From Octopus bimaculoides (Eukaryota): a stretch of 64,000 nucleotides of DNA. Shown here piece after piece: positions 1 through 13,544 of the stretch (the stretch's first letter is position 1; each line of letters starts with the position of its first letter). The stretch is taken from NCBI RefSeq assembly GCF_001194135.2, contig NC_068984.1:86901384-86965383 (forward strand). Direction: 5' to 3'. The notes below the pieces were generated by a model. It did not search any database. It saw only the letters and a program-made list of their open reading frames with translations, and was not told the DNA's origin. The translations under genes were made by a program, and so were the position numbers.

Positions 1-2500
1 TCTCTTTTGATCGAAATTCTCCCCCCCCCCTTTTTTCCCTTCCCAAAAAGTAAAGCTCTACTTTATATTTTGTCCCCTCTGTGTTCAACCCTGTGTGGCT
101 AATAAACATACTTGTTGATCCCATTTATAGGCCTGTATTATTTGTCCTTTCAAAGTATCTGTTCACCCTCCACACAATCAAAAGTCCTCAAGATAACATT
201 GCCAGTTTTGTCACTGACAGTCCAACAACGAAAGAGTTGTGGCTTACATGATTACCAGTAGCAGATAATTTTTCATCCAACCTGACACTAAGACTATAAT
301 TGGGAGCTAACAAACTTAATGTGAAACCTAAAAAAATTTAAGTCAATTAAAATTACATCCATAGTTAAGGCAAGGGAAACAACTTTGAAATCCAAATTTA
401 TTCAAAATTAAATGGAGGCATGCTGGAAAGAGTAAGTCTGATCATTGATAAGCAAAGTGACAATTCTTGACATGTTCTGTATTATTGAATTTCTTCAGTG
501 AAGTATGGTCTTACTTTTAGTAACCAGATCTTGTAACGGTTGAGAGATAACAAAGAATGTTGAGTGAAAAAAAAACTTTCACCCATTAGACAATTTAAAT
601 GATATAGAGAATATCAGCTCATAATTAATTGTTTGTCATACAGAAGGCAGGCCTGAGAAGCTTTCCCCTTGGTCGTTATTGTCTTTAGTCATTGGTTACA
701 TACTTAAACGAAATCTCCTGAAACTCCTAATATTGCTTTTATGAAGAGATTATGTTTTGAACTTATTGATTTAATAAATTCATCCAGTTTTCATCATAAA
801 TCACATTATTATTATCCAAAATATTAATATCACATCCAGCATCCAAGAACTTGAAAGTTTGATATAAACATCAACCAATCATCAACAATCTCAGTGGGCC
901 TGCGAGGACTATAAGCTCTGTCCCTTTTTTAAAAAAAAAATTTTTTGGACTAAATCTTCTTAAAGATCCTTTTTGAAAAGTTTTAAAATTTTTATTTTAT
1001 GAATCATTTTTCTGCAGTTTCCAGATTCTTTCTCTTATCAGCAATAAATAATGTGAATATAGTTCTTAAGTAAATCACCTCAGTTCCTCTACATTCATTT
1101 TAAGATATGATGAATCTGTAATGGATTTTCAATTCTTTATTGAATATAATGTTTTCCTTTAACAACAATTGAAAATTATCACTTCCACAATATCAACTAC
1201 ATAGAGTTTGGCTGGATTACTGATATAGGTATTATGTTACAATGATGTAGACTAAGTTGTAGATATATAGCAAAACATTTTGATGCATAGTGATATATAT
1301 TATTACCAACTATTTATCCCGCAAGCATAAGTGAAAGCAGGATATTGTAATTACTTGTCTTTGTCTGTGTGTTTGCAAAATGGCTGAATGGATTTTCATC
1401 AAATTTGGTAGCAATCCTCATCAGGTGAGTGGCTCGAAATGATGAAAATTGGTTTGATTATCTTCAAAACTGCAGGCAGATGAATCAAAATGTTTTGATT
1501 GCAGATTTTTAGCAAAAGAATTGATGTGTATGCAGGGCATGCTTCGTTTTGGCATGTTCTCAGCACAAGAATCTATTACTAGCACATGAAAACATGTATT
1601 ATGTCTATTAAATACTATTTATTTCTCACCAGATGGAGTACATTTTTTGTTGATCTTACCATCACAGAATTCAACCCTCGTCTGCTTGTGTATAAATCAT
1701 GCTGTACCTATGCATGTAGACACGTGAGGGTACATATACATAAATACATAGATATGCGATTGAGTGTGTTTGTACAGTGATGGATTCGAGGGTTTTGTTT
1801 ATTATGAGTTGAAATTTAATTTCACTGGAGTATAAATACCTATAATGGTAATACTTAAAAAAATTTTTTTAATTTTTAAAAAATTGAACTTACAAATTTC
1901 CCAATAAGCGAGTGGTCATATTATGTCCTACAATGAACTACAATATGTTTGATTCGCCTACCATCATTGAAAGATGTTGAAAACACTTCTCAAATTCTAT
2001 GCAACATTTTCTATAAGTGTTTCATTTTGTTCTTTGTTTTCTTTTTCATAATCATGATTATTATTTGAATAATCAATTATTTAGTCATATGCAAATTTTA
2101 CTCGTGTTTGGTGTAGACATTGATCAAGTCTACTTTTAGCTGTCATCTTCTTAGGTTTCTAATCCTATTTTAGTAAAACACTTACAAAGCTTAATTCAAT
2201 TCAATTAAAAAGCAGGAGCTAGCAACGCATTGTAACACACACTATAATTTGCAAAAAAAATTTGTGTGCAGGGTATGCATCACCCTTCTGATGCCTTTCT
2301 TTTTCATTTGGTTTATTTCTACTGTTATGCTTTCAATATACAATTGTTTTAGTCTCAATACACAATCTCAGATAAAATCACTTACCAAAGATGTACAACA
2401 CAATTTTTGTGCTTTTTTTTTTTGTTTTTGCAAGTTTATTCTACAATATTTGTAATTTTATTTTATATACAAAATAAATTGTGTACTTTTTATCTGCCAG

Positions 2501-2659
2501 GTGTTTGTCAATGGGAATAAGGTATACATGGTAACTGAGCTTATGAAAGGTGGAGAACTTTTGGACAAAATTCTCCGACAGTTATTTTTTTCTGAGCGTG
2601 AAGCAAGTGCTGTTTTGCAAGTAATTTCTGAAGCTGTTCACTATTTACATTTGAATGGA
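2501..2659 (+). CDS. RPS6KA: p90 ribosomal S6 kinase (RSK/RPS6KA family), C-terminal kinase domain exon, 159 nt, phase 0-0
   Basis: ccag|GTG acceptor and GGA|gtaagt donor; translates [53 protein letters not shown], matching the RSK CTKD motif [28 protein letters not shown]. Upstream exons lie outside the window. Confidence 0.97.
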
Positions 2660-3987
2660 GTAAGTATCTATCCAATATTTATATCTTTTCTCCTCTTCAT
2701 CATCATGGTGGTTATCATTATTGCTTTTTCATTTTCTTTTCCTATTGTTGAGTTCAGTTGGATAGGTTCTTAAACTGCGGCTTATATGTGAACCCTAAGG
2801 TTTGTGATAGTAGCATACTTGCGAGCTGACAGAATTGTTAGCACACTCAATAAAATGCTTAGTAGCATTTTGTCTGTCTTTACTTTCTGAGTTCAAATGC
2901 TGAGGAGGTTAATTTTGTCTTTCAATAATATAGTGTGGACATATAGTATCAGAGATGATATGGTAACATGAAAAGTGTTAAAGCATTTCAAGTAACTTGT
3001 CAACTTGCAATTATGAGTGAAAATTGACATTTACTGTCTTGAGGAATCCTTCAGCATGTACATACTGTAGGAGACCAAGCTCATTCCTTAACAAATAAAA
3101 CAAGAAAAGATGGAAATGAGCTAGCCAGTTTCTGTTATTTGTCCTTCTTTTCATCTTTGTGGAGTTGATTCAATAAAAACTATACATCCTGATGTAGGAA
3201 ATCATTCTCTTTTCCTTTTTAATATTCAACTTTTGCAGAAATGTTTAGCTGCATTTCAACTTGGAAGATTCTTTGAATAAAATATTTTTAAATGAAATAT
3301 AAAAATGTCATTTTCTTAGTTTTGAGCCTTATGAAGACATTAAAATGTTTGTATAATGCTTCCCAAGAAGTATACATTTAATGACTTAACAGTATAATAT
3401 TAGCCAGCATTTGTAATCAAATTTTGAATCAATACTTATTAGAAGACCTTTCTTCACTTGGGTACACAATAGTGACTCTTGTTATTAAGCTATTCTATTC
3501 AAATTAGATTATTTACTCCATTGAAAATGATCCATTTGATTCTTTCACCAGTTAAATCTCTTTCTTTATATTATAACAGAAAATAAGGCAGTGAGCTGGC
3601 AGAATCATTAGCAAGCTCAAAATATTGCTTATCAGCATTTCGTCTGTCTTTACTTTCTGAGTTCAAATGCTGCAGAAAGCAATTTTGCCTTTCATCTTTT
3701 GGGGTTGATAAAAATAAATATCTGTTTTGTAACTGACTACTTCTCCCATAATTTCATGCCCTGTACCTATAATAGAAAAGAATATTTTAAAGAGTTAAAT
3801 TCTACTGAAAGTATATAACTTGATGAAAATATCTAAAGAAGTAATAGTGTATCTGTGTTTTATTGATTATTACTTATGAAAAAGAGTGCAATTCTTTGTA
3901 ATTTTTGTTAATAGTTTATTTGTGCTCTATGTTGTATGAATAAAATAATCATTTTTACCCTTTTATTTTTCAAAAATCTTAACCCAG

Positions 3988-4149
3988 GTAGTCCATCGAG
4001 ATCTGAAGCCTTCCAATATTCTTTATGCTGATAAATCTGGTTCGCCACATGCTTTGCGTATCTGTGACTTTGGTTTTGCTAAACAACTGAGAGCTGATAA
4101 TGGTCTCCTTATGACTCCTTGTTACACTGCCAACTTTGTTGCTCCTGAG
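3988..4149 (+). CDS. RPS6KA: RSK CTKD exon with HRD, DFG and activation loop, 162 nt
   Basis: cccag|GTA to GAG|gtcagc; [61 protein letters not shown] contains the ERK-phosphorylated Thr of RSKs. Confidence 0.98.
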
Positions 4150-5532
4150 GTCAGCATTATTTACTTTTAACAAGTCAATTTACAAATTATTTATGTATGT
4201 AACAAATATTTTCACTGACTGATGTGTCTCGTATATTTTTAGATTGGAATTTTTAAAAACATTATTTATGAAATTGTCATTTTTGAATTGTTTATAATTC
4301 CTATTGGGTTTCGTTTTTCTATAGCAGTTTTAATGAGAGTAATTGGTAAATGTAAATTTCATTCTATTGTGATAGTCATGCTTTTTTTTCTTTTTTTTTT
4401 ATTATGATTTGAAATCGTATTGTCAGTAATTTCTTAATTTTTTTTTTTTATTTGAAAGTATTAAATGTAATAATAGTAGTTGTAGTAGAGGATAGATGAC
4501 TGAAGTTCACTTGTTGACTCAAAAGAAAGTATAGATGATATATGTGTCCTAAAATATGTATTTCTGAAAAAAAAAGGTGTTTGAGCAAAAAACAATACTT
4601 GAGAGAAGAGGCAAGTAGTTCAAGTTGATTTTAGTTAACTTAGCATAATCAGAAAGTTGAATGAAGCAGAGAATATCTTAGTTATGATAGAACAGAGCCA
4701 GCACAATTCTGTGGTGGGCTGTTGCGTATAATCTTGCCTATCAAGTAAATGTTTTCTTAGATTTGATTTTAAGATGTGATTCTGTTGATGGAATGCCTCT
4801 GATGTATGTAGGCTGTTGCTATAGTTTTGTATGTAATACTGATTATGTGAAATATTTGGAAGCTTTTTTCTACTTTTGTAGAGATTGGGATAATTGGACC
4901 TGTATATGTTGAATTGTTGTTGTTTAGCTCTTAAATCAGCTCTGATCAAGCAGACCTAAGATTGAAAGTATTCCTGTCATGACCATCTCACCTTTTGGCA
5001 GATTTGGTTTACATTGCCCAATGTATCCTACTTTTTACATGTTAGAGAGTATGAGTAGAGGAAGATTTGGCTGCTATTTCTTACAGATCAAACAGCCACG
5101 TAGAAGTTCTCTTGGTTGCTTATGTTGGCTTGTTTTCACAAGATGTGTAAACTTTGTATTTTGATAGTTTTAGATCCATTTTTAAGTTAAATAGAAAATT
5201 TGAGCACGTTTCTTATGTGTGTGAGTATTTGTTTATATGATATATATGTATAGATATACAAGCATTTACCTCTTAAGATATCTTTATCTTGATATAATTA
5301 GATTTTAGCATGTAAATTTTTTTGCATAAATTCTGACAATTTCAGTTTTTGATGAACTTGTGTATCCATTTTTTCATAGAAAGGAAAATTGACTTCTCAA
5401 AACACAAACATTTTAATATATCTTATCTTGCATATTTCATTTTATCTCTTTTCCACCCACAGCATTAATATATTTCGCATTTAATTTTATTCAGTTCTCT
5501 TTTCAACCTGTTTTTTATTATAATTTTTGTAG

Positions 5533-5609
5533 GTTTTAAAGCGCCAAGGATATGATGCTGCCTGTGATATCTGGAGTTTGGGTGTGTTATTGTATACTAT
5601 GTTAGCAGG
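5533..5609 (+). CDS. RPS6KA: RSK exon, 77 nt, phase 0-2
   Basis: tgtag|GTT to GG|gtaggt; VLKRQGYDAACDIWSLGVLLYTMLAG. Confidence 0.97.
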
Positions 5610-8600
5610 GTAGGTACACCAACTGTTATTTGTTGCTAGAACAATTGTTATTTGTTCGTACCTGGCACATAATACAGCTAAAATCACAAAAAGCACATGC
5701 AATTAAAATATAGCTAATATCATATCTGATTTGATCTGTTCTGTGACACTACATTTTCCCCTCACCTTCTGTGCATAGGCACTTGTCAGAATGCAACTCC
5801 AACACCGTTAGGTATCATCATCATTTGATGTCCACTTTTCCATGCTTGCAGGAGTCAGAGTTTATTTGAGACAGATTTTCTATGGCTGGATGCTCATCCT
5901 GTTACTAACTCTCACCTGTTTTCAATCAGAAGTTAATATTTCCCCATGACCAGGCATGTTCTCATAGAAATGAATGACACTGCTTGTATGACAGTGACAC
6001 TCATTTACAACTATTACATGATGTCAAGATAAGGAGGCATAAACACACATACGCATGCATGCATGCTCACACACACATTCACACGCATGCATGCTCACAC
6101 ACACACACACACACACGTATTAATGACAGGCTTCTTTTAGTTTCCACTAATAAGGCTTTTGTTGGCCCAGATACCAGTGTCACACAAATGGCACATAAAA
6201 GCACCTTTCAAGCATTGGGCTTTGAGGAGACACGGACTGAGATCATTTGGCATTATGCCGTGTTTGAGAAGAAGTCCCATCAAGCCAAGTAAAACTGCAA
6301 TCGTGGCAGATACCGGTGTCATGCAAATGGCACCTATGCTGGTGGCACATAAAAGCACCCATTACACTCTCAGAGTGGTTGGCGTTAGGAAGGGCATCCA
6401 GCCATAGAAACCATGCCAAAACAGACTGGTGTCTGGCACAGCCCTGGTCAAACTGTCCAACCCATGCCAGCATGGACAACATGTGAAATGATGATTATAC
6501 CCAGACTCCATACTAAATACACTAATTCTTCCTTCTTTGAATAGCATCTCTCTAGAACTCCTTTATGTCTATTTTTGCTCTTCAGACATTAACCCTTTAG
6601 CATTTAAACCAGCCATTTCTGGCCCAAATATTCTACTTGTTTTATCTTCAAACTTGCCAGATCTGGCTTCTCATACCGTTTCTACATTGTCATTTTAAAA
6701 ATAAACAATCACATCATCAAAATATTGAAACTGCAAGATAATGTTTGGTTAATTAAAAACAAAGTGAATATATAAGCATTACATTTGACCGATAAATCTG
6801 AATGCTAAAGGGTTAACATATACAAATTCAAACTGCATATTAAATACTTTGTCATTGAGGCTTGGAAAATCTATAGTCAGTAGACATTGTTTTTCCTTAC
6901 ACAAAATTATAAACAAATAAGCAATTTATGAATTTTAAATAATTTTTTTTTATTAGACTGGTGAATGCTACAATTAGTAGAGTGCCAGAAAATATGCTTT
7001 AAAATATTTTGTTATATCCCTTTATGTTCCTTGTTCAAATCCTGTTGTGGTCAGCTGTCCTTTCCATTGTTCCTTGTTTTATAAACAAGCCCAGTAAAAA
7101 AATACCGAAGTTGTTATAAGTCCAATTGCATATGAAAATATTTGACCATGAGCTTATGTTATGAATCATTCTTATCTTTCTGTTTAGTGTTTTCTCCTTC
7201 AGTATTAAACCCAACTTCATTTACCCCAGGTTCATGGAGTAAGTTTTTATGTGTAATTGTGCTCTGTGTATAGAAAGGGCTCTAATTACTATATTTACTG
7301 TTTCAAATAATACTATTTTATATAGGGTGTGTAGATGGGTGTTGCCTGGAATTTTGTCTTTTTTTTTTTACAGTTATTTTAACTAGTTCTAATACATCAA
7401 GTTTCTACATTCATTTCCCACATACATTTTATTTTACTTCTATTTCTTAATATTTTGATACTTTCTCAACTTCCTCAATAGATATTCTTTTATAACTCTA
7501 TTGTAATGGTTTCTAACATAGGAAGAAATTTAGTGGGGTAATCTATTAAACTGCCTTAAGGAGTTGACTGTACTGCATTTTATCAACCCCAAAGAAAAGA
7601 AAAGGTGTGACCTCAGCAGAATTTCAATTTGGAACAGAGAGACCTGGAAGAAATACTTAGAAGACATTTTGTCTGGTACACTAATGATTCTGCCAATCTA
7701 TCATCCTAATAGTAATAACACAATAATAATATTTGGTCAATTTTGTTTGAGTCTCTAACCAGAAATGTCTCAGAGTACTGTGACTTAGTTGTTATGTGGT
7801 CCATGGCCAGTCCTGATTCATCATCATCATATGTCTGTTTTCCATGCTGGCATGGGTTGGACAGTTTGGTAGGAACTGGCCAGCAGGGGAGCTATCCAGA
7901 CTCCAATTGTCTGTTGTGGTATGGTTTCTATGGTAGGGTGCCCTTTCTAATGCCAACCACTTTACAGAATGTGCTGGGTGCTTTTTACATGCCACTGGTA
8001 TGGGTGCGTTTAAGCAGCACCGGCACAAGTGCATTTAATGTGGCACCAGCACTTGTAAGGAACAAGCCTGTATGTATGGATGACAGTGGTTAATGATTCC
8101 ATCCATAATAATCTCATCTTTTATAGTTTTTCAGATGTAGTAAATCTAGGGCTACAATATTCCATGTTGCCTTCCCCAACTTTTTTTTTTTTTTCGTTTT
8201 AAATGTGATGAGGAAGCGTTGGCTGCTATTTCTATCAGATACTGCATAAATGTTCACTCAGTAGCTTTCAGTAATTTTTATTTTTTCTAGACAGGTTTAT
8301 ATTATTTGTTGTGTGTTCCAGTTTAGTAGTGTGTACATTAAATAACTAGTTAATAGATCTGCTCAGTTATTATTTTTTGTTTAGCTTCTTACTTAGAGGA
8401 AGATTGGGCAGTTTGAAATAATGTAGCCAGTTGTTTTCTCAAATTTAGTACATGATCTGTATTTACTATCCTGCCTTTGAATCATTACATTTTTTAGGTA
8501 TTTTCTGTGGGTGAGCTCTAGTAGGTCAGCTATTCTGAGGTTCCCCCACTCCATCCTGTACTGCTAGAACTTCAAGTCTTTGTTTCATGCAGTGTTTTAT

Positions 8601-9752
8601 CTTTTTACTTTTCCAGCTAGAATATTCTTACAGCTTCTTTTCTCTTTTCTGTCTATCTTCCCCTCCTCTCTTTTTTTTTTTTATTTTCTTAAATGTTAAT
8701 GCTGAAATAATGAACCTGATGGTAAAAAAACTCCAAGAAACTGGAATTTTTGCTGTACATTTTTTACCTACTTGCATAACTACTTTGTGGAGTTTAAATT
8801 GATTACGAGTGAGCAGTTTAACATCTTATCTTCACTGCCATTCTGTGATATTATTAATAGTTTTAAATGCTGTTAATTTTTCATTTACATTTTTATGTGA
8901 TTAGGTTTTGTGTACTCTACTGTAGTCATTGTGTGCCCATTTAGTATTTTATTGATAGTATTTATCTAAATGTGTATGTTCTAGAAACACTTTTTTTTTT
9001 TCTTTTTTTTTCCAAAATCTACATATGATAACATACTTTCTAGGAATTGAATTTTGAGTTCTTATTTTATTGATCTTAGAGATTTTAAGTTCATGTATTC
9101 AGTTTAGGGATTCTATATTTTATTTCCTTTTAGGTGTTTTTCTTTTCTTTTTTCATATATGACTAGTCTATCAACCTATGTTTAGACAAAACATATAAAT
9201 TGGTGTATAAGACCTAATATTTCTGCCTGTATATTTAAATATTTCTGAGAACAGTATTATTATTTTCTACTACATTCACTGCTTACTCAACTTCTCATCA
9301 GTTGAACTATGTGTATGCTTTCCAGTGGTGATAGTTATTAATTATTTCATGTCTATAAATATATCCTGATCCAACCAGAATCTAGCATCCAACTACAAAA
9401 TAGCTGTTATAGCATTTGTCTAATATCTTAAAATTTATTGTATTTCTCCCTGTTATCTATTGTTAACATTTGTGTTTTCTGGTAGATCTGTAATTGGTGG
9501 CTTTATTTCTTCAATATTTTTTGTTGGTGATTTCTTATTTATAATGAAATTTCTTGTTTTTTTTTTTTAAGTAGATGGCTAAGCCAGCACTATAGGTTAT
9601 ATATAATATTTCTCACTCTGTCAGTGCTCAGTTTCTGTCTCAATACATGAATGTATTGTTACGCATCAACTTTTTGGAAATAATCTAGATTCTATTTATT
9701 GTTTTTGTGTTCATCTCTTTGATTCCATGCAAGACTCCAATGTATTTATATT

Positions 9753-10742
9753 GATTGCAACTTGATAGGTTGTTCTTGAGATTTTTCTCTGCATAGACTG
9801 TTTTGAGTCTCTCTTCTGTACAATAAGAATGACATTGTACCCAATGAGGAGAGAGCTAAACAAGGCAATTGTGATGAAACTTATCTTTGAAATATCTATG
9901 TGGGGCTCTGGTGTGCAGTTTTTGTTCCTCATTTAGACATGTTAGCATTCTAGTGATTGCTTCCTTCACATATTTTGAAAGTGATTTGATCCTTATAATT
10001 CTGATATACTGACTGCATTGGTTTCAGATCATCTCATCATATCTGTTATACTAATTTCCTTTCAACTAATATAATTCCCTTGAAGTATATTCATTTCTTT
10101 CTTTCTTTCGTTCTTTCTACTTTTTTATTTTTATTTTTACTGTCAGAAAGCTATTTTCTAGGTTTTAGAACTGAACAGCTCTCACATGAACATCAATGAA
10201 ATATTTGCTCTAATACCTGGCCTTAGAATGACTGGTATTATTTTTACTCTTTATCAGCTGCTAAGAAGCACCTTGTTATGAATCAAAACTTATAATTCAC
10301 CCCTTTTTTTTACCTTAGAATAACCTGTAATCAGATTGCTTGAGATGACCTCTGAATCAGACACATTGGATCATAAGCTTAGTATAATGATTAACATGCT
10401 TAAAAAACAATCAATGCTAAGAGCCAAGAATTTATCAATGACATGGAGGTATTGTCATGAAAGTTGTAGTGCAGGTGGTCTTTGAGTTACTCTTGTGGAT
10501 GACTGGGATACTGATTGAGACTTGATAGGTTGTTCTTGAGATTTTTGTCTGCGTAGACTGTTTTGAGTCTGTCTCTTCTGTACAGTAAGAATGACATTAT
10601 ACCCAATGAGGAGAAAGCTAAACAAGGCAATTGTGATGAAACTTATTATCTTTGAAATATTGCATTTTGAATTATCTATTTGGGGCTCTGGTGTGCAGTT
10701 TTTGTTCCTCATTTAGACATGTTAGCATTCCAGTGAGTGCTT
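9753..10742. repeat. Local direct repeat pair (9753-9962 and 10513-10742)
   Basis: Both copies run CTTGATAGGTTGTTCTTGAG...TGGGGCTCTGGTGTGCAGTTTTTGTTCCTCATTTAGACATGTTAGCATTC; twin ORFs starting MRNKNCTPEP appear in the ORF track. Confidence 0.9.
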
Positions 10743-12371
10743 TATTGAAAAATCTGTGAAAAACATGACATCAGATTTAATTAATCTTTGTACTCAAAGT
10801 TTTCTACTATGACTTACTATTATTACCAGAGTTCTGATGGATGAGCCATGCTTATTGCTAAAAGCACACCTTTCTGCATGCAGCTCTTCAGTTTGACCAA
10901 ATTAAGTCTGAGATGTAAAGAGAATGGGAAGCTATCTTTCACATACTCCTATTTTTTCAGCAGAAGTCCACAAGAGATTTGTTCCTTGCCTGTGGACTTT
11001 CATTGAACAACTGTTGCTGTAGGACTCTTTTGGTCATTAAGACCCTCATAAAAATTAACTTGTCTTTTTCCAGCAAGTAAGATTAGTGAATTTTCTCAAA
11101 GACAAGGTATGGTGATGAAGGTCGCTCATATATCAATTGAAGTACAAAATAAGTGCAAAGCAGGTCCTACCTTCAAGTAATTTTATGAAAAGATAAGATT
11201 GACATATTTAACCTAGATAAATGGTTTAACTTCATTTTAGCTGACTTATTTAAAGTTATACATGTATCACTGTCATCATTTAAAATCCATATTAGTGACA
11301 GAGGCAGTATTAATACTGAGAGGTAATATTTATCCCCACTTAAATGTAGATGCTCTGTTACAACAAACTTATACTATGAGAGAAACACTCATATTTGCTT
11401 TTGGTGCAAAATGCACTATTGTTTATATCACTGGTAAGGAGATAAGAATATAAACAAGACATAAAGGAGGGCATTTTGCAGCATGGGCCATTGTGAGAGT
11501 TTCTCGTGTGGTATCTACCACAGTATAGTTTGTTCCAACAGAACATCTAATTTTAAGTAGGAATAAATATTACCTCATTTAAAATCCATACTGGCATTTT
11601 GTTTGGATAGTCTGACAGGATCTTATGGAGGTGGGGGAGGACTGCAATATCTACTTTGGCATGATTTCTGCAGCTGGATGCTCTTCCTAATACCAACCAC
11701 ATTACAGCATGTTCTGGATGTTTTTTTATTTCCATGCCATCAGCATTGTTGAGGTTGCTATGCAGCTCAGAAGACTACAAACCCAGTAGAGGTGAGGGAT
11801 GTGGTGAGGGATGCTAGGAGATTGTGGAGGTTAAAGTATGAGAGAAAGGAGTGGGACAGAGCAGATTTTTGTAGAAGGACTGCATAGTTACTCACATTTA
11901 GTAGGGGAGAGAGAGAGAGAATTATCAGTAGGAGCAGGAAAGAGATAATGAATATATTATCATCATTATTTAGCATCTGCTTTCCATGCTGACATAGATT
12001 AGGTGGTTTGACTGAAATTATTAAGCTGGAGAGCTGCACAAAGTTTCAGTGTGATTCGGCATGGTTTCTTTGGCTGGATGCTCTTCCTAATGCCAACCAC
12101 TCCAAGAGTGTAATGGGTGCTTTTTACATACCACCAGCACAAGTATCAGTTATGTGACACCAGCATCAGCTGTGACTACGATTTCATTTGGCTTGATGAG
12201 TCTTCTCAAGCACGACGTATTTATATATAAAACAAACCATTGTTACACTTACATATTAAGTAATTTGCTATAGTTACATATTTAAATTGTATTATATTGT
12301 CCCCATGTTTTGATGTGTTGTATGACTTTTGTAACAAATATCTAGTATTACCATTACTTTCTTTTTTTCAG

Positions 12372-12489
12372 TCAAACACCTTATGCTAATGGTCCTAATG
12401 ATACTCCTAGTGATATTTTAGCCAGAATTGGTGGTGGAAAAATTAAATTAACAGAAGGCAACTGGGATTGTGTCTCAGATGCTGCTAAA
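12372..12489 (+). CDS. RPS6KA: RSK exon, 118 nt, phase 2-0
   Basis: tttcag|T to AAA|gtaagt; (G)QTPYANGPNDTPSDILARIGGGKIKLTEGNWDCVSDAAK; phase fits the previous exon. Confidence 0.96.
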
Positions 12490-12851
12490 GTAAGTCCTTT
12501 GTTATTTCTTAATAATATCATTATTGTTTTATGTCACAATTATCTTTAAATTTTTTTGGAACCCACATGTATATCCCATCATCTTCATCATCATTATCAT
12601 ATTAAGGCAGCGAGCTGGGAGAATCATTAGCATGCCAGGTGAAATGCTGAGTAGTATTTTGCCCTTCGCTATGTTCTGAGTTCAAATTCAGTTGAGATTG
12701 GCTTTGCCCTTCATCCTTTCAGAGTTGATAAAATAAGTACCAGTTGAACACTGGTGTTGATATCATCCAGGCCTTGTGCCTATAGTAGAAAGGATTATTA
12801 ATATTATTATCATCAAATGTTCCAAGGCTTGGAGGAGAGGCCTTTCACATA

Positions 12852-13088
12852 GCTATGGGTTTGCTATTATCACCAATAATAGCCAATATATACATGGAAT
12901 ACTTTGAGAATTTGGCTTTAGGATCAACACCACTAAAACCAACCCTATGACTGTGATATGTTGATGACACCTTTATAATCTGGCCCCACCTGGAAGATGT
13001 CCAAGTGCTGTTAGATCAAGTGAACTCAATAAAGCTATCCATACAGTTCACAATGGAAAAGGAAAAAGACAATCAGCTAGCATTCCTG
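12852..13088 (+). mobile_element. Penelope-like element reverse transcriptase fragment (decayed)
   Basis: AMGLLLSPIIANIYMEYFENLALGSTPLKPTL*L*YVDDTFIIWPHLEDVQVLLDQVNSIKLSIQFTMEKEKDNQLAFL; PLE-type motifs ANIYME.FE, YVDDTF and FT.E.E....L.FL; two TGA stops. Confidence 0.85.
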
Positions 13089-13403
13089 TTCTGGCATGGT
13101 TTCTAATTCTGACCACTCCACAGAGTGTACTGGTTCCTTTTATGCGACACCAGCACTGGTATCAATTCTGCTGTGGTAGACAAATCCTTCACTGGAAAGG
13201 GTATTTTTTTTTTTGTTTTTAAGGCTTCTTCAATAAATTTAGTGTTGTTTTCTTCTTGTACTTGACAATATAAAAATTATTAATTATTCAATATAATGTC
13301 TCCTTTTCCCTTTCTTTGTTCTCAGTTTTTATATCCTCATTCAATTACCTTAAATTATTTTTTAAATGTTTGATTTCATAAAACTTTAAAATTCGCATTA
13401 TAG

Positions 13404-13544
13404 GATTTGGTTCAGAAAATGTTGCATGTAGATCCCCATAGTCGCCTGACTGCATCAGAAGTTTTAAAAAGCAAATGGATTCGAGACAGAGGATCATTAC
13501 CTTCAAATATTAAATTAACTCTTCAAGATGCCAGTCTCGTCAAG
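13404..13544 (+). CDS. RPS6KA: RSK exon, 141 nt, phase 0-0
   Basis: tatag|GAT to AAG|gtatga; DLVQKMLHVDPHSRLTASEVLKSKWIRDRGSLPSNIKLTLQDASLVK. Confidence 0.96.
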
